NCBI GenBank assembly: GCA_040954595.2
Contig: CM082589.2
Coordinates: 5,577,186-5,641,185 of the forward strand
Source: Balanoglossus misakiensis
Taxonomy: Eukaryota; Animalia; Hemichordata
Direction: 5' to 3'
Length of the DNA: 64,000 nucleotides
Below, one piece after another: positions 14,983 to 27,800 of this stretch. Below the pieces are notes generated by a model. The model was not told the origin of the DNA, ran no database searches, and saw only the letters and a list, made by a program, of their open reading frames with translations. Numbering within the stretch: position 1 is the stretch's first letter; every line of letters begins with the position of its first letter. The position numbers were made by a program, and so were the translations under genes.

Positions 14983-17466
14983 TTAAGCATTCCAGTGTAG
15001 GGTTCTCGTCCTCCATTTTTAGGAAGGGAATTTATAGTTCTGTTTTCTCTTTAACAACTCATGGTTCAGATACAGAAACAAGTGCTATTATATATGTGTA
15101 CAAACTCAAAGGCCTGAAAACTGATAAAAGGGCTGTTTTTCATGTATACAGACAGTACACAATCTAATATTCAATGTTCACATGATGCTTGAAAACACAA
15201 CATTGCATCTGCGTCCGATCAACAAATATGATAATTTTTTGTTTTGAACCCATAATGCCAAAAGTTTATCAAGAACGCTTCCTACACCCAGTGACACCAG
15301 CATTTTTTCATGAGAATGTTTTTAAGGTTCTATACTTAATCTTTCTCCAGTTGTGTGACTTGCTTCAAAAAAGCCAAAAGTTTATGTGGATGGTTTAGAT
15401 ACTGTGGATGCATGTATTTTAAAGTTTTTCCGATGTAGCATGGAATGGTACTCAACATTATAGCGTAGGATCATGAAGTGTGTGCTGAAAACACCTTTTA
15501 AGACGACAACAACACTGACAGATGCGTGGCACCAGAAAATTCAATCAACAACACAAATGATAAACTAATTACCCATATGTCAGAGGATCACAATGTGCTT
15601 GTAATTCAATTCAATACCAAAAAAAAGAATAATGAAATATCGATATCATTTTTTGACCTCAACGGAAATAATTAGACCTGAATGCAACTGTAATCCTATC
15701 AAAGGTTACCATAGAAACAAACTCATATGCAAATTGCATTTTTCATCGATTTGATTTTCCCTGATTCTTATCAGTGAAATTCATGCATCGCAAAATGCAG
15801 GGTCTGTATGAATCTGTAAAATAATGTTTTCTACTTAAAACCGAGAAATGCCAAAATATTGGCAATCCTGGGCGTACAATGTAATGATTAACTGCAATGA
15901 CATCCAGAAATTAACTTTTCTGTCACAAATAATGAAGACAGATTTCACCACGGAGATCAAAATGAAAGTCATTTTTCCAATCTAACCAGGAAATTAGTGA
16001 GTTTATGTTACTCTAGCACAATTGTCAACAGTATGGCCTGCTGGGAAAAGCAGTAATTATTCGTACACCCAAAGTGAGTTTAAGGGGTTTAAATTCTTCA
16101 AAACAGGAGTGCCACATAAAGTACATCCCAGATTTAATGAGAGAAGTTTGTGGCAGAAATAAGGACCCAGAAGGGAAGTATTTGAGAAAAAATAAAACAA
16201 TAAAACACGCATATGCAGAAATCTTGCTCATAAAACGACAGCCTGGGGGCCATTTTGGAGCAGATATCTTCAAATTTGACAGTAATTAATCTTTATGCCC
16301 ATTCTCCAATTATTCACGTAATGACTCACAAACATTCATCTCAATTAGAAACTCTACAATTTCCATTCTGATATCCAAATTCGTCTTCCATTATTCTCGT
16401 TCTTTCCCCATTTCTGACCCCAACCTACTTTAAGGTCCTCCTGACCTCACCCCCATTTCAAAGCCCTCTCTGACCCCGTCATTAGCCACAGCCTGACACT
16501 TGACATACTCCAGAATTTGCCATAAAAGTGGACAAGCGGTGTCAAGAGAATGCCACTCCCACGACCCACTTCAACCAGCAGCGCAGTCATGAACCCAGAA
16601 ATTTTAACCCTGACTGTAAATAAATTTTAAAACCTCAGCTGATTGTCAGTAAGATGTAAGATTGCAATCATAATAGTCTGGCTAGCATCCTGAAAGTATC
16701 GCCTTGGTGATGAATTCGCAGATAGTTTAGCTCTACATGCTATTTTTCTGTAAATGCAAGCCTTAAAATTACTCTCAGAGAACTGAGTGATAAAATGAAA
16801 GACAAAATGGATTCCACAGGTGTTTTCAAGCTCCCTAGTCATTCTGGTATCTAAGTGAAAGGCCTTTATCACAAATGAAACAAAACGTCTGGAGAATTCC
16901 TGCGGAAGATAAGATTCCTGATGTTTTCAATTCTAACAGGTCATGTGGGTTAAAGATCTCGGAAAATGACCAAGTCTTGAGCAGCTTAGCCCATCAATCA
17001 AACTGAGCTTTTGTCGAGAACTAGCAACGCGAAAACATGTACGTGAATAACATTTACATTTATGCCTGTAAATACAGTTCACTTTTATTTACAGTATTTT
17101 ATCATTTTGCATCATATGGAAACTTAACATAAGGATGACGAGATTTCATTTATTTCTCCTGCTTGGAAAAACTGTCTCTGACATCATTGCTATAAATTAC
17201 ACCTGCTGTAACCATGGCAATAATCTACTGGCTCATCCTTCACATGTTAAAAGTTTGTATTCATCTGTGACTGCAAAATCAGATATATTTTGTCTAGTCT
17301 CTTTTAGTCAGTACCCTGCATACCCAGTTGCCAATACTTTTAACTATTATTTTATTTTTATATCGATAAATTAATCAACTTGCTTCTTTTTTTATTCACA
17401 GACCATAAAATTGTCCGGTAGTGTTTATTCAAATGGTCAAAAAATATGTGTTTGTTTGTTTGGTAA

Positions 17467-17558
17467 CAGGTATATTCAATGGGTAGGGTTCACTTGCTCC
17501 ACATATATAGAGTAATGTGGAGCAAATAAACCCTAACCCTAACCATTGAATATACCTG
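17467..17558. repeat. Long hairpin/foldback element
   Basis: Outer arms CAGGTATATTCAATGG / CCATTGAATATACCTG, inner arms TTGCTCCACAT / ATGTGGAGCAA, with AGGGTT pairing to (AACCCT)2. Confidence 0.75.
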
Positions 17559-17601
17559 CTCACAAACGGACATTAAAAACATTGAATTGTATTAAGTGTA
17601 T

Positions 17602-17658
17602 TTGTTTATTTACAAATGTAAGCACAAATGATTTTTGCTTACATTTGTAAACAAACAA
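17602..17658. repeat. Inverted repeat
   Basis: Perfect 16-bp arms TTTACAAATGTAAGCA / TGCTTACATTTGTAAA, extending outward with one mismatch. Confidence 0.7.
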
Positions 17659-18599
17659 TGTGTTTGTATGCTGACAAGACGTGACAATCAATGTGCCGAA
17701 CACTTCATATAAATTCTTCAGAAATGAAAATCAGAATACATTTCAATTATTGTAATATTACAAGAGCAAATTTAAATCAGCATGTCATGGAGGTTAAGCT
17801 TCCTGAAGTTGTAATTATCACTCAAGACTTTTTTCTTGCTGTGGTGCACAATTACATGTATGCATCGATATAACTACTGGGTGGGCGTTGTCGTAATTTC
17901 ACAGGACATTAAATTCTACTTTCCGATATAAAATCTGATGAAGGTATCCTGTCGCGCGCGCGAGTCAATGAAATAAATTGGTACAATGAAATCGACATAA
18001 ACTCAAAAACAGTTCTCAAAACTTCACCCCAGGCTGAATGAACGATCGGTTTATGTTTGTTTGGTTGCTTGTTTTTCACGTGCGCTTGTATAATCCGCAG
18101 ATAATGACGTGGTTACAGTTAAATATTACTCGAAAATGAAATTACAACGAGGATGAAGTTACGAGTTGTTGACATGTTGTCATTGTTTTGGTAGTCAGGC
18201 GCCACGCCCCCTTCCGAACGAGTGTTTACATGTACTTCTAAAACAAAACAGATTATCTGGCGGGTTGGAACGACTACTTGATTCGAGGAGAAACTTACAG
18301 AAGTTTAACTGGCGATGGAGTACCGGTACGCGGTACGGACGGCCAGGTAATCCACGATCAAATTGCGTCGAAGTTGGATCCACGTATTCCTATGGACTCA
18401 TTCATTCACGCACTGCGACACGGAAGTATAGTGTACACATCATCACCCATCATCATCACCCGTGGTATAGGACTTTTCCGTCCACGCAAGGCCAAACTAG
18501 TCGGGTCACCCGCGCCAGAGCCGTATTAAGTAACATCCTCACGCAACCCTTTTGCGATACGGACCTCATAAGAAGCAAAAATACAAGGAAATTTAATGA

Positions 18600-19052
18600 A
18601 ATCCACTCACCTCAGCTGAGCAGGCCAATGTTAATGTGCTATACGTCATCAGTATGTGTGCTCTAGAAGGCCATCAAAGAAGACTTGTGATTGGTTAGCT
18701 TTGTCCCTCTATTACATTAAGACCCAATTGGATACCATTTTAGAAAGGGAGTAAAACACTATTTTGAGGAAATAGGAATCGATGGGTTACGACTGATAAG
18801 AATTTTTCTCTTCAGTTTCCGGAATTTTTGAGGTTCATAGCCTAAATTTTATTTGTTCACTTTCCTACGTTATCATATAACAAGGAAATATTGACAAGAA
18901 AAGGAAATAGTCCGCCATTTTGAACCAACTATGGCAGGGCTGCCACCCCTGTACTAAAAATGCAGAAGTCGCGTAAATTACTATTGCTAATTCACGGGCA
19001 TTATGTGAGACATTACCGATGCTGTAGACGTGCAATCTACATCCCCTTGAAG
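18600..19052. promoter_or_regulatory. FAXC promoter region, possibly bidirectional
   Basis: YY1-type CCGCCATTTT at 18912-18921, consensus minus-strand donor GAG|GTGAGT at 18611/18610, and onset of CpG-rich sequence. Confidence 0.4.
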
Positions 19053-19244
19053 ATGGCAGCGGAGCAGGGAAATTCAACGCCGTCGAAAACAGAAGCTCCC
19101 GAGAAAGGAAAGGTGATTTTACACCAGTTTGCACCGCAGAAAGATGTGATCAGCCACTCGGTGTTTTGCCTAAAGTTGGAAACGTATCTGCGGATGGCGG
19201 AGATCCCTTACGAGAATCGCTATGGAGTCAAACGATCATCTAAG
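19053..19244 (+). CDS. FAXC: Failed axon connections homolog (metaxin/GST-like), coding exon 1
   Basis: ATG in good context (aagATGg). Encodes MAAEQGNSTPSKTEAPEKGKVILHQFAPQKDVISHSVFCLKLETYLRMAEIPYENRYGVKRSSK, with the FAX/metaxin N-domain motif FCLKLETYLR..IPYEN. Phase-0 donor AAG|GTGGGT. Confidence 0.93.
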
Positions 19245-21960
19245 GTGGGTGTGTTAGGCTTACTCTATCACAGACACTGCAGACAGCGTATTCTGCACAG
19301 ATCGTTTTTTATGATAATGGAGAACGAGCAAAAAAATATCAATACCAGTTTTCATACCATCTGTCGATAGAAAAAAATCCCTGGTTTTAATCGATTGCGG
19401 AGTTGGCAATTTTTTTGTCCATCTTTTGAAAAATTTAGATGTAGGGAGTGGCCCTGGCCATCACTTCACGAGATATCCAGCGTAGCTTTTCAGGGCGTGT
19501 ACCCTGCACACATTTTTTTTTTCACAGAAACGTTTCATGTTTGAGAAAAAAAATCTTACTCTTCACCAAAATCGCAAGTGTTATTGTTGAATTTGCATAA
19601 TTACACCAATTAGCCGCACAAGCCAGAGCTATTGTCGGCGTTTAAATATCATAGTTGTCTTTCACTCAGTAATCTAACAAAAGCGCTCTTGTGCACGGAA
19701 GACTCTTCGCCCGACAAATTTATGTCGGGGAGAGTTGTAATTGATTATGCGGTCACCGCTGCGCATATATATTCATGATGCGCGTTTTTTCACTGACCCG
19801 GGTCGGCCGGCACACTCATAACTCACACAGTGCACGTCTTTTACGAGCCCAACGAGCAGTACACGAAACACCGTAGCTTTTCCCCAAGCAGACGAGTTCC
19901 TTCGCAGCCGGCTGCGAAACACCGCCCGAAAATCGACCTTCTTGGTCAAACCGAGCAACTTCACGTCGCGCGAGAACAGCGCATGTTTATGGCCATTAAT
20001 TGATCACCCAGAGAGAGTCACAGACGCTTTTAAAAAAGTTACGATGTTTTAAGGACAACGTATTTGTCAGTTGGGAGTGTCCGTGAAGTCAGATTCCCGA
20101 TACTATCAATTCCACTCGGACAACTGTACCCACATTCCAAGTTCCTTTCCCCTGTCTAGATTACATAAGGGTTGACAACGTAACCGCACGCCAAAAGTCC
20201 TGTTTTCTGTTATTCTTTCTTTTCACTTTTTCCCCCTTTTTAATCGAAATTCCTTGTCAGAACACACCCACAAACTAACTTGGAGACAAACCCACATTGA
20301 ACGCGTAGTACATCTTACGCGCGACCCCTGGCGTCTCAAGAACCACCGACCTCCCCCGCGCGGGCACTTGCTTAAAAAATCAGAAAGAAAGGACGAACGG
20401 ACGCGTAAAGAAAAGCTCAAAAGAGATCCGAAGCTGGTGTTTACTCGAGCGTAAACAGAAGAGATATATCTGTCCCACCTCCTGCATTCCTGACCTACTA
20501 CGCGACCCACTCCACTCCACCAAGGTTGTTTGTGGTTCCCCCGCGATTTTTACGGTCAGTCACACGCCCGGGCTCCCAAATTGGGGCTTCCCCTGTGCGA
20601 CGGCTCAGTCTTAGCCACGGTCTTAGTTTCTACACTGATGGGCGGGTCCAAGAAGATTTCGGGACCCAGAAAAAGAAACTGTTCGTACTTTTGTGCCAAT
20701 CGAGCAGCCCCCTCGCAGTGTTCAATACCGTTTGCACGCTAATTGTCTTTTGTCACAGTTATCATGTAATTACAAAGGCTCCTTTCACAATTGGCCATGT
20801 CGGGATTACATTATGTCATTTACTACACACTGACCATAGCGTTCCATAAACAAGCAAGCAAACAAAGAAACAAACAAGCAAGGAAAATAAATTAATAAAA
20901 TGCCCTTTACAATCAATCTTCATTTTTACGTTTGAAAGTGAAATTATCGTGAGCTTGTTTTCAAAATATTTTACTGTCTTTGTCTGTCTGTCTCTCTGCA
21001 CGCTAATACCATTACCATAAATTGAATTAACCATCCAAATACGCCCATCTTGGCAATGAACTTGCTTCATCCCTTTGCCCTGTGATGACGTCATTTTTAC
21101 AAATCAGATCGCCGGCAATCGTGTTCTAAACGCGTGCAAACGGATGACACACGCAGCGGGTCCGTTACAATAAAATAATGTGAGTAATCGTTAGTCATTT
21201 CCACGCCGTGTTAATGAACGTAGATCTGTGTTTGATCTGGAGGGGGGAAGGTTATTTTCATAATAACAAAAATCGAATACATTACAACGTTTAAATAATA
21301 GGACTTAATTGCCGGTGATGTTTGACAGGATGTACATGTACTTGGTGGCTTTGAGTTGATTAGATTCGACACCCCGGCAGACCCTGCCGGTTGTATCTCG
21401 TCACAAGACAGCGTGGCAAGTGCAGGCCGGCTATAATTGGCACTCCAACATGAAATTGACTCCCTATCCAATGTACTTCTCACTTGCTCTTTAATAAGGT
21501 GTGGCTGCCGGCTACTGTTTCACTTAACAGAACCCATTAAAGCGTGCGCGATAGTGGGGGCGAGTTTAAACGCGCGCATAAATTTAGCGTTTGCGTCGGG
21601 GTTCAGAGGTGGCCTGTAATACCGAGAGACAGATTAAGAGTCATTCTTCAGACCCCCACCTCACCAGGCCATTTTTCTTCGACATGAGCCCCCTTTCAAG
21701 CGAATAAAAAATCCCCAATATCACCATCATTATCATAAACATGAGAACCAGATTACGTCTATGCGCTACGTAGCCGCAAACCATCTTCCACTGACCTTGA
21801 TTTGTCGCGCTGCTCAAGATGAAGGCTCGTAAAAATTTCGGGGAGGGGCAGTTTGTCCTTAACTTCAGTGCACTGTCGCTTTGCTATAAACAGAATGAAA
21901 TTAAAATAAACATTAATTAAATGGAAATGCCAACCGCTCATGACTTCAGAAAGTTGTCAT

Positions 21961-21982
21961 CTCCCTCTCCCCCTCTCTCTTT

Positions 21983-22034
<52 letters not shown>
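21961..22034. repeat. (CT)n microsatellite
   Basis: Directly visible, in FAXC intron 1. Confidence 0.97.
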
Positions 22035-22035
<1 letters not shown>

Positions 22036-23702
22036 ATCGTGTCCTCCTGATTTCCACTTAAGTGAGTACTTCGACAATGCAACACAGACATTCACCTCGC
22101 CTGTTGTAAACGTAGGATCACAACGAATACTATTTGAACGTGAAAGCATGAATTGAAATTTGCTTTATAGGCCTGCACCAAAATGACCCTTGCAATGCGA
22201 TAAACGCACATGACTCGAACCACGCCATGCGTAGATGTAAAAAAAAATTGAAGTCGTAATTCATCGAAAATGTAAATCAAACCGACATACTCTCTGCATA
22301 GTGTACCCGCCCCCATTTATTGAGCTTCGGCGTCAATGAATCAGTTAATCGGCGACCAGCTCCCGTTTTAATTGGCCCCGAGCAGAAAACTATTTTAAAA
22401 ATGTAAATACCACGATGCTATTACTGACATAGCAATTACACAGTCAAGGGTATCAACTGACTTCATTGAAAGCGAGACGTTCCCGCCAAACTCGTCCTAG
22501 TGATAAGTCTATCGCGATGGTCGGCCAATAGACCTGTAGTTACTGACGCCATTTTTTTAAATATTGTATCATTAATCATCTGCCATGGAGGTAATCTGAG
22601 ATCTGAGCGCTGACCTTAGCTAGCTCACGTGTCCTTAGAACGTACTTGATGACATGGTTTCCTTGAGTATATTACGTAATACTTCCTATACTATGCCAGA
22701 CTAGACTAACGACTGGCGAAGTTTTGTTCTGGTGCATCACCCCCTGGTGACTTTTACGCAAGTTACAGTATCTTACGCGAAACAAATATTTCAGCACCCT
22801 CACGCTTTAAGATTCTTGCCCTTATATATGGCTAGACATCAGGGTTGTTGTATTTGTAAAACCGACGAGTAGTTTGGCCATGTTATCAAGGCTGCCAGTC
22901 AGAAAGCCACGACCTTGGGCCGTGTAAAAACAGCGTCGAGTAACCCCCCCCCCCCCACAACACCCATGTCAACTGTCAGAAATGCCCCCTGAATACCCAA
23001 CCTAATTATTCACCCCAACCATAGCCCAAACATCCAGATAGTGTTTCTGTCCTCATTTCCCTCTCCAGCCCGCAAACGCCCTTTCCCACCGATTTCTCCC
23101 AGTGGGTTCGCTTTTACTCCGTTTTCTTTAATCGAGTTTCTGTGTTTTTAAAGGGGTAGATTTCCCATGGATCAAATTCGCTTCGCTGCGAATGTTATTA
23201 AAGAATACGGCCTCCACGCCAGGGTCGGTGATTAAACACAGATTCTGTGATTCATATATGTACACATCACAGCGAGACTGTCACAATTGTCTACGTCCCC
23301 CGTAATCATAATCTAGGTAGGGCTGTACACGTTCTGCAAACCTGTATAAGGATTTACAGAACTTGAAAATACCAGATGGATTGTAAACTAGGGATTCCTG
23401 CTCTCTGCAGGTAGTAGAGGAGAGCGAAAGCCCATACGTCTAGACTCTTGCCTTCTCTATATATCCTACAAGTATGGCGAGAGTGTGCGGCATACCCATT
23501 CGCCATACTAGTAGCAAGGTTGGTTTTCGAGGCGCATACAACCTTTAGGCAGTAACCCACCTATTAACTACCTCCATGGTCATACACAATATAAAACCAC
23601 AGACACTGTCCTTTCCCTTGTCTTGGACAAAACACTAACATGCTATATCGCTCAGGATGCAAACACTGACAATTTCTTTTCACTCGCCCAATCCCATTTC
23701 AG

Positions 23703-23869
23703 GGTAAGCTGCCATGGATCGAATACAAGGGCCAGGAGGTCGCAGATTCTTCATTCATCGTCGACTTTCTCAACAAGGAATTTGAAGTAGACCCCAACAA
23801 AACCCTTAGCGACACCGACAAAGCGGCAGCCAAGGCGTTTCAGCGGCTCGCGGAAGAAAACTGCTACTG
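23703..23869 (+). CDS. FAXC: FAXC coding exon 2
   Basis: Acceptor cccatttcag|. Encodes GKLPWIEYKGQEVADSSFIVDFLNKEFEVDPNKTLSDTDKAAAKAFQRLAEENCY(W), completing the SSKGKLPW..DS GST-N motif. Phase-2 donor TG|GTAAGT. Confidence 0.95.
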
Positions 23870-24870
23870 GTAAGTGTGTGCATGGTTCTGACTCGAATGA
23901 CTGTGAATCAGAAAGAGCCAATATGGATGCATGACAGTGATTAACGATATGTATACCCAAATTGCCTCGCAAATGTCGGTCAAAAATTTTGCTGACCCAG
24001 TTTCTCAGCTGAACGACACTTTTTGAAATTTATGTATCTGGTTGTTTCTGTGGGTTAATTCTGTGAGTCTTGTATTCGTTCCAGTGTGAAATATTTGAGT
24101 CTGTCTGTCTCGTGTAATCTTATTGTATTTATAAAAAATGTACTGCACGTCTAACTCTGATACAGAAATCTTGCAAGTTTTGAACTGCGCGGTTTCCAAG
24201 TCGACCACATCCCGGATATCCTGACAATTTAACGATTTTGACATATATCGTAAAACGTTCGTATCGACTGAGACGACAGGTGCATCTTGGAGACGACGGA
24301 TTCGATTGGTATAATTAACATAATATTAATGTGATTAAATCTGGCTCCACTGTGCATGCGCAGTTTCTATAAAAAGTATAAGCACCCGGGAATAATTTTG
24401 ACGCCAATGTACTAGTACTTTATAATACTGTTCTGTATCACTTAAGATATATTGACATTTCGGAAAAGATATCTTTCTCGAACATTCAGCGCCGAGCTGC
24501 CACGTTTCACCACATTGCCATCGTAAGCGGTTGCCTCAGTAACTGTTACTAGGCAACACGTGCGCGTAAGGAAAAAGAGAAATGAATGATTGTCGAGCGC
24601 AGTTTGATACGTATCCATGTGATGAAGTAGTGAACCGAACAAGAAACCCTTTAGGCGTCATGCACGAAAATGAGATTTCTTCCCCCTGTTAATATCAGAA
24701 CACAAGCTTAACTAACCTTCTTCTCAAGATAACCTACTTCTTAAGAAGCGGAAATAATTCTAATAAAAAACTTACAAAATCATGCTCTGTGCGACAAATG
24801 TTAAGTCGTCCATGCTTAATGCGCATGTCTGAGTCTGATACTACTTTGATTCTTCCTTGATGCGTACAAC

Positions 24871-24892
24871 CATAGACAGTAGACAGTCTATG
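24871..24892. mobile_element. 22-bp micro TIR insertion with 7-bp target-site duplication
   Basis: GTACAAC|CATAGACAGTAGACAGTCTATG|GTACAAC. TIR is CATAGAC/GTCTATG. Confidence 0.7.
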
Positions 24893-27800
24893 GTACAACT
24901 TCCCTTTACTGTCTATGCTCTAACTGACGACACCCAGAGTATTCACAGAATCGAAGGCTTAGCATAAAAGGACAAATTTTTCTAAGTAGAAAAACGTACA
25001 CGTGATTCATTGAGTTGCTGGCCAACATAATGTTGGATGGATTATATGAATCATTCTGAAATTTCTCAAGTTGCAAACCTGGCACCAATTCAAGAAAGAG
25101 ACAGAGATACAGCCTTATTTGATCTCGTTTAGTTTCAGGCGTTAGTCATGCACTTGGCACATGATCGCATTTCGCATTTTCTAGCACGTGACATGCATGT
25201 TAATTGGACATTTAAGTTTCGCTATATGCTGTGTCATTCCTCACTTTACTCGGCATTGTCCGGATATATTACTCACAGCATTGCTGTATAAGAAGATGGA
25301 GCGTTGGCGTTTGATATATGCTCGGTAGAGGTTTCGCATTTGAGGCAAAGTTTAGGACGCTGTTCTAAGCTGTCAGAAATCAGTCAGGCTGCCATTTTTG
25401 AGCACATTTTAGCCACCGACCCAAAATGATGCTTTGAGTTAATTTATATGCTCTATATATTTGTTCATCCTTTTGTCACAAGGCGCCGCGCCGTCAGCGT
25501 TCCGATGGACGATCTTGAGCCCTCCTATTGTATTACACTGCAAAAGATTCGTGATATGGGAAGCCGAAACGAATACTAGTATCGCATTTCAACAAAACCA
25601 ATTATATCTACATTTACAAAGCACTGACCCGAAAACAAATATATAAAAAATTACGATTCGTATCAATTAAATTAAACACTATTTTTCCAAAAACCATTGT
25701 TCTCTTTTACTCCCCATTATACACGTATGATTTCCGAGAATAAATCACTTTTATCTCTATTTTAAAGATTGAATATCATGGGACTATAAATCAAGATGAT
25801 GTAATTTAAGGATTTGTTCTGTCTTAGTCATGACAAGTCATTCGATACTTCAAGGCCGACTTCTTCACATACTGACTCGTACATGGTCAGTTGAACTGTT
25901 TTAAAGCGCTGTTAGATTTTGCACAATTGAAAGTATTAACATTCGCTTGCTAATTATTTTTGCTATTTATAAATGGATTAAAATTTAACAGAATTCACTA
26001 TCATGATAATTAAACGCGATATCTGATGTTTACCCAACTCCTTTGTGCCGATCCTGAATAGGCAGGGGAAAAACAATAAAGTATTGTTCTCTGAATATTG
26101 GATTATATCATTTATTACCGTTCGCGTCAATTCTGCATCATCATCCTCGAAGCGATGATTTCTCAGAGCCGATCGCGCAGTTTTGATTTGCGAACCGCGA
26201 GGTCGGATCAAAATTCCGCAGTCGCCACGCGTTTTCCCACAAATGCTTCCTGAAACGTTGATTGGTTTTGAGAGAATTCCAGGAAATTGCTTTCTCCGGT
26301 GTGTATGCAAATCAGCAAAATGTATTTACACGTGGTCTGTACGAGTTCCGCGCGCATGCGTGATGAGGTGTGCCGCCGCTTTAAAGTACATTATCGAGAA
26401 CAGGAATATTATACTTCTATCTTTTCGGCTCTAGTTAAAATATCGCCCTCAGATTCTCCGACGCGGATAGTAGGTAATTTTAGGAAGGAGGGGGGAGGGG
26501 CATGCACTAAATGGGTGCGGAAATTTACAGATTTATGTAGCGTTCTGGCGAAGAATTTGCATATCATTCAAAATGGACTCTGCTGTCAATATGCCATGAT
26601 GAGATTGATGTGAAACACACAGGCACGAGAATGCGTCATCCCTTTTACGAGCCTCTCATGCAAATCAGAAATGTCTTGATTATCCTGCCTGTTTAAACTG
26701 TCGCTGGAGAACTCGACGTTTTTGCATAATTTTGTGACTTCGACAAAAAGAGGCGTAAGGAACGTCTACGCGTCGGAAATGCAAATAGGCCAGATTGGGT
26801 AAACTCCCAAAACGCGTTTGATCTTTTCCAGCGAAATTATATCATTACTACAATGTTGAGATAAAATTGAAGCCAGTAAACGTGTAATTGATATAATTTG
26901 TTTTAAGTATACTTCGTTTTAAGGAGGTGTTTATTTCTTTGGTTTTGCTCCCTATTGATAACTGGTGCAAATCTCCGGGGCGCTTGAGTATGTTTTCTCA
27001 TTATATCGGCCCGGTCTCCCAGGAAACGGCAGTTTTGCATCCGCATCCCAAAGGAATGTTGCAGATGGCAAATGAACAGTGGAGTGACTTTCTCGCCTGA
27101 TGGTGACAGCGGTTTGATGAGACAATACTTGTATTATGACAGATTAATTAAGTCCTTGATGATATATTTAAGACGTGGCGTAATTAAACATTGGTCCACT
27201 GAATCAGTATCGTGTCATTTCATGTCGACTCGGTTGTTATCGAATATTGAGCATGTTGAGTCATAAGTTCTTATTTTAGCATTTGGCTTTGTCGGTGAAT
27301 ATTCCCGCAGTAGAACCACCGCACGCAGCCACTTCGAAAACAAGCCCGCGAGTAGTGTTGTTGGCAGATGTGAAAACGAAACGGAAAATAGTAACCCCGC
27401 TGGTTTGGGTGTTAGCAAGCAGATCCCCGGGAGATGTCTGGCCCGCTCCTTCTAAGTATTAAACGTTAAACGGACACTTGTTATCCAGATGTTTTGTACC
27501 TCTTCCCACGGAAAGCCAGTCCTGGGTCTCCCTTTTCCCGCTTTTCCAGCACGTAGACCCGTCGACGGATGCGAGGGTCATGTGGTCAAGCAAACGATGG
27601 AATATTACCGAGTATCGATATCATTTTTCGCACGCGGGCAGTCATGTGAATTAGTTGGCACTCCAGGGTCGAGTCGACTATTAAGTGACCTGAGTTTATA
27701 AGTCTTTCATATCGAATATCGGGACAGAACCCCGCAAGCTTCGAGAGACGCGTCTGTTGCTAGGGTAGCATACTTCAGTCGTCACGCGAGAGTTGATTTT

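Noticed and set aside
18166-18666. 166-aa and 83-aa plus-strand ORFs upstream of FAXC
   Set aside because: Non-ATG starts, no recognisable domain and no splice connection to FAXC. Likely chance ORFs in GC-richer promoter DNA.
20254-20524. Possible alternative first exon inside FAXC intron 1
   Set aside because: No ATG in the candidate frame and only a weak donor.
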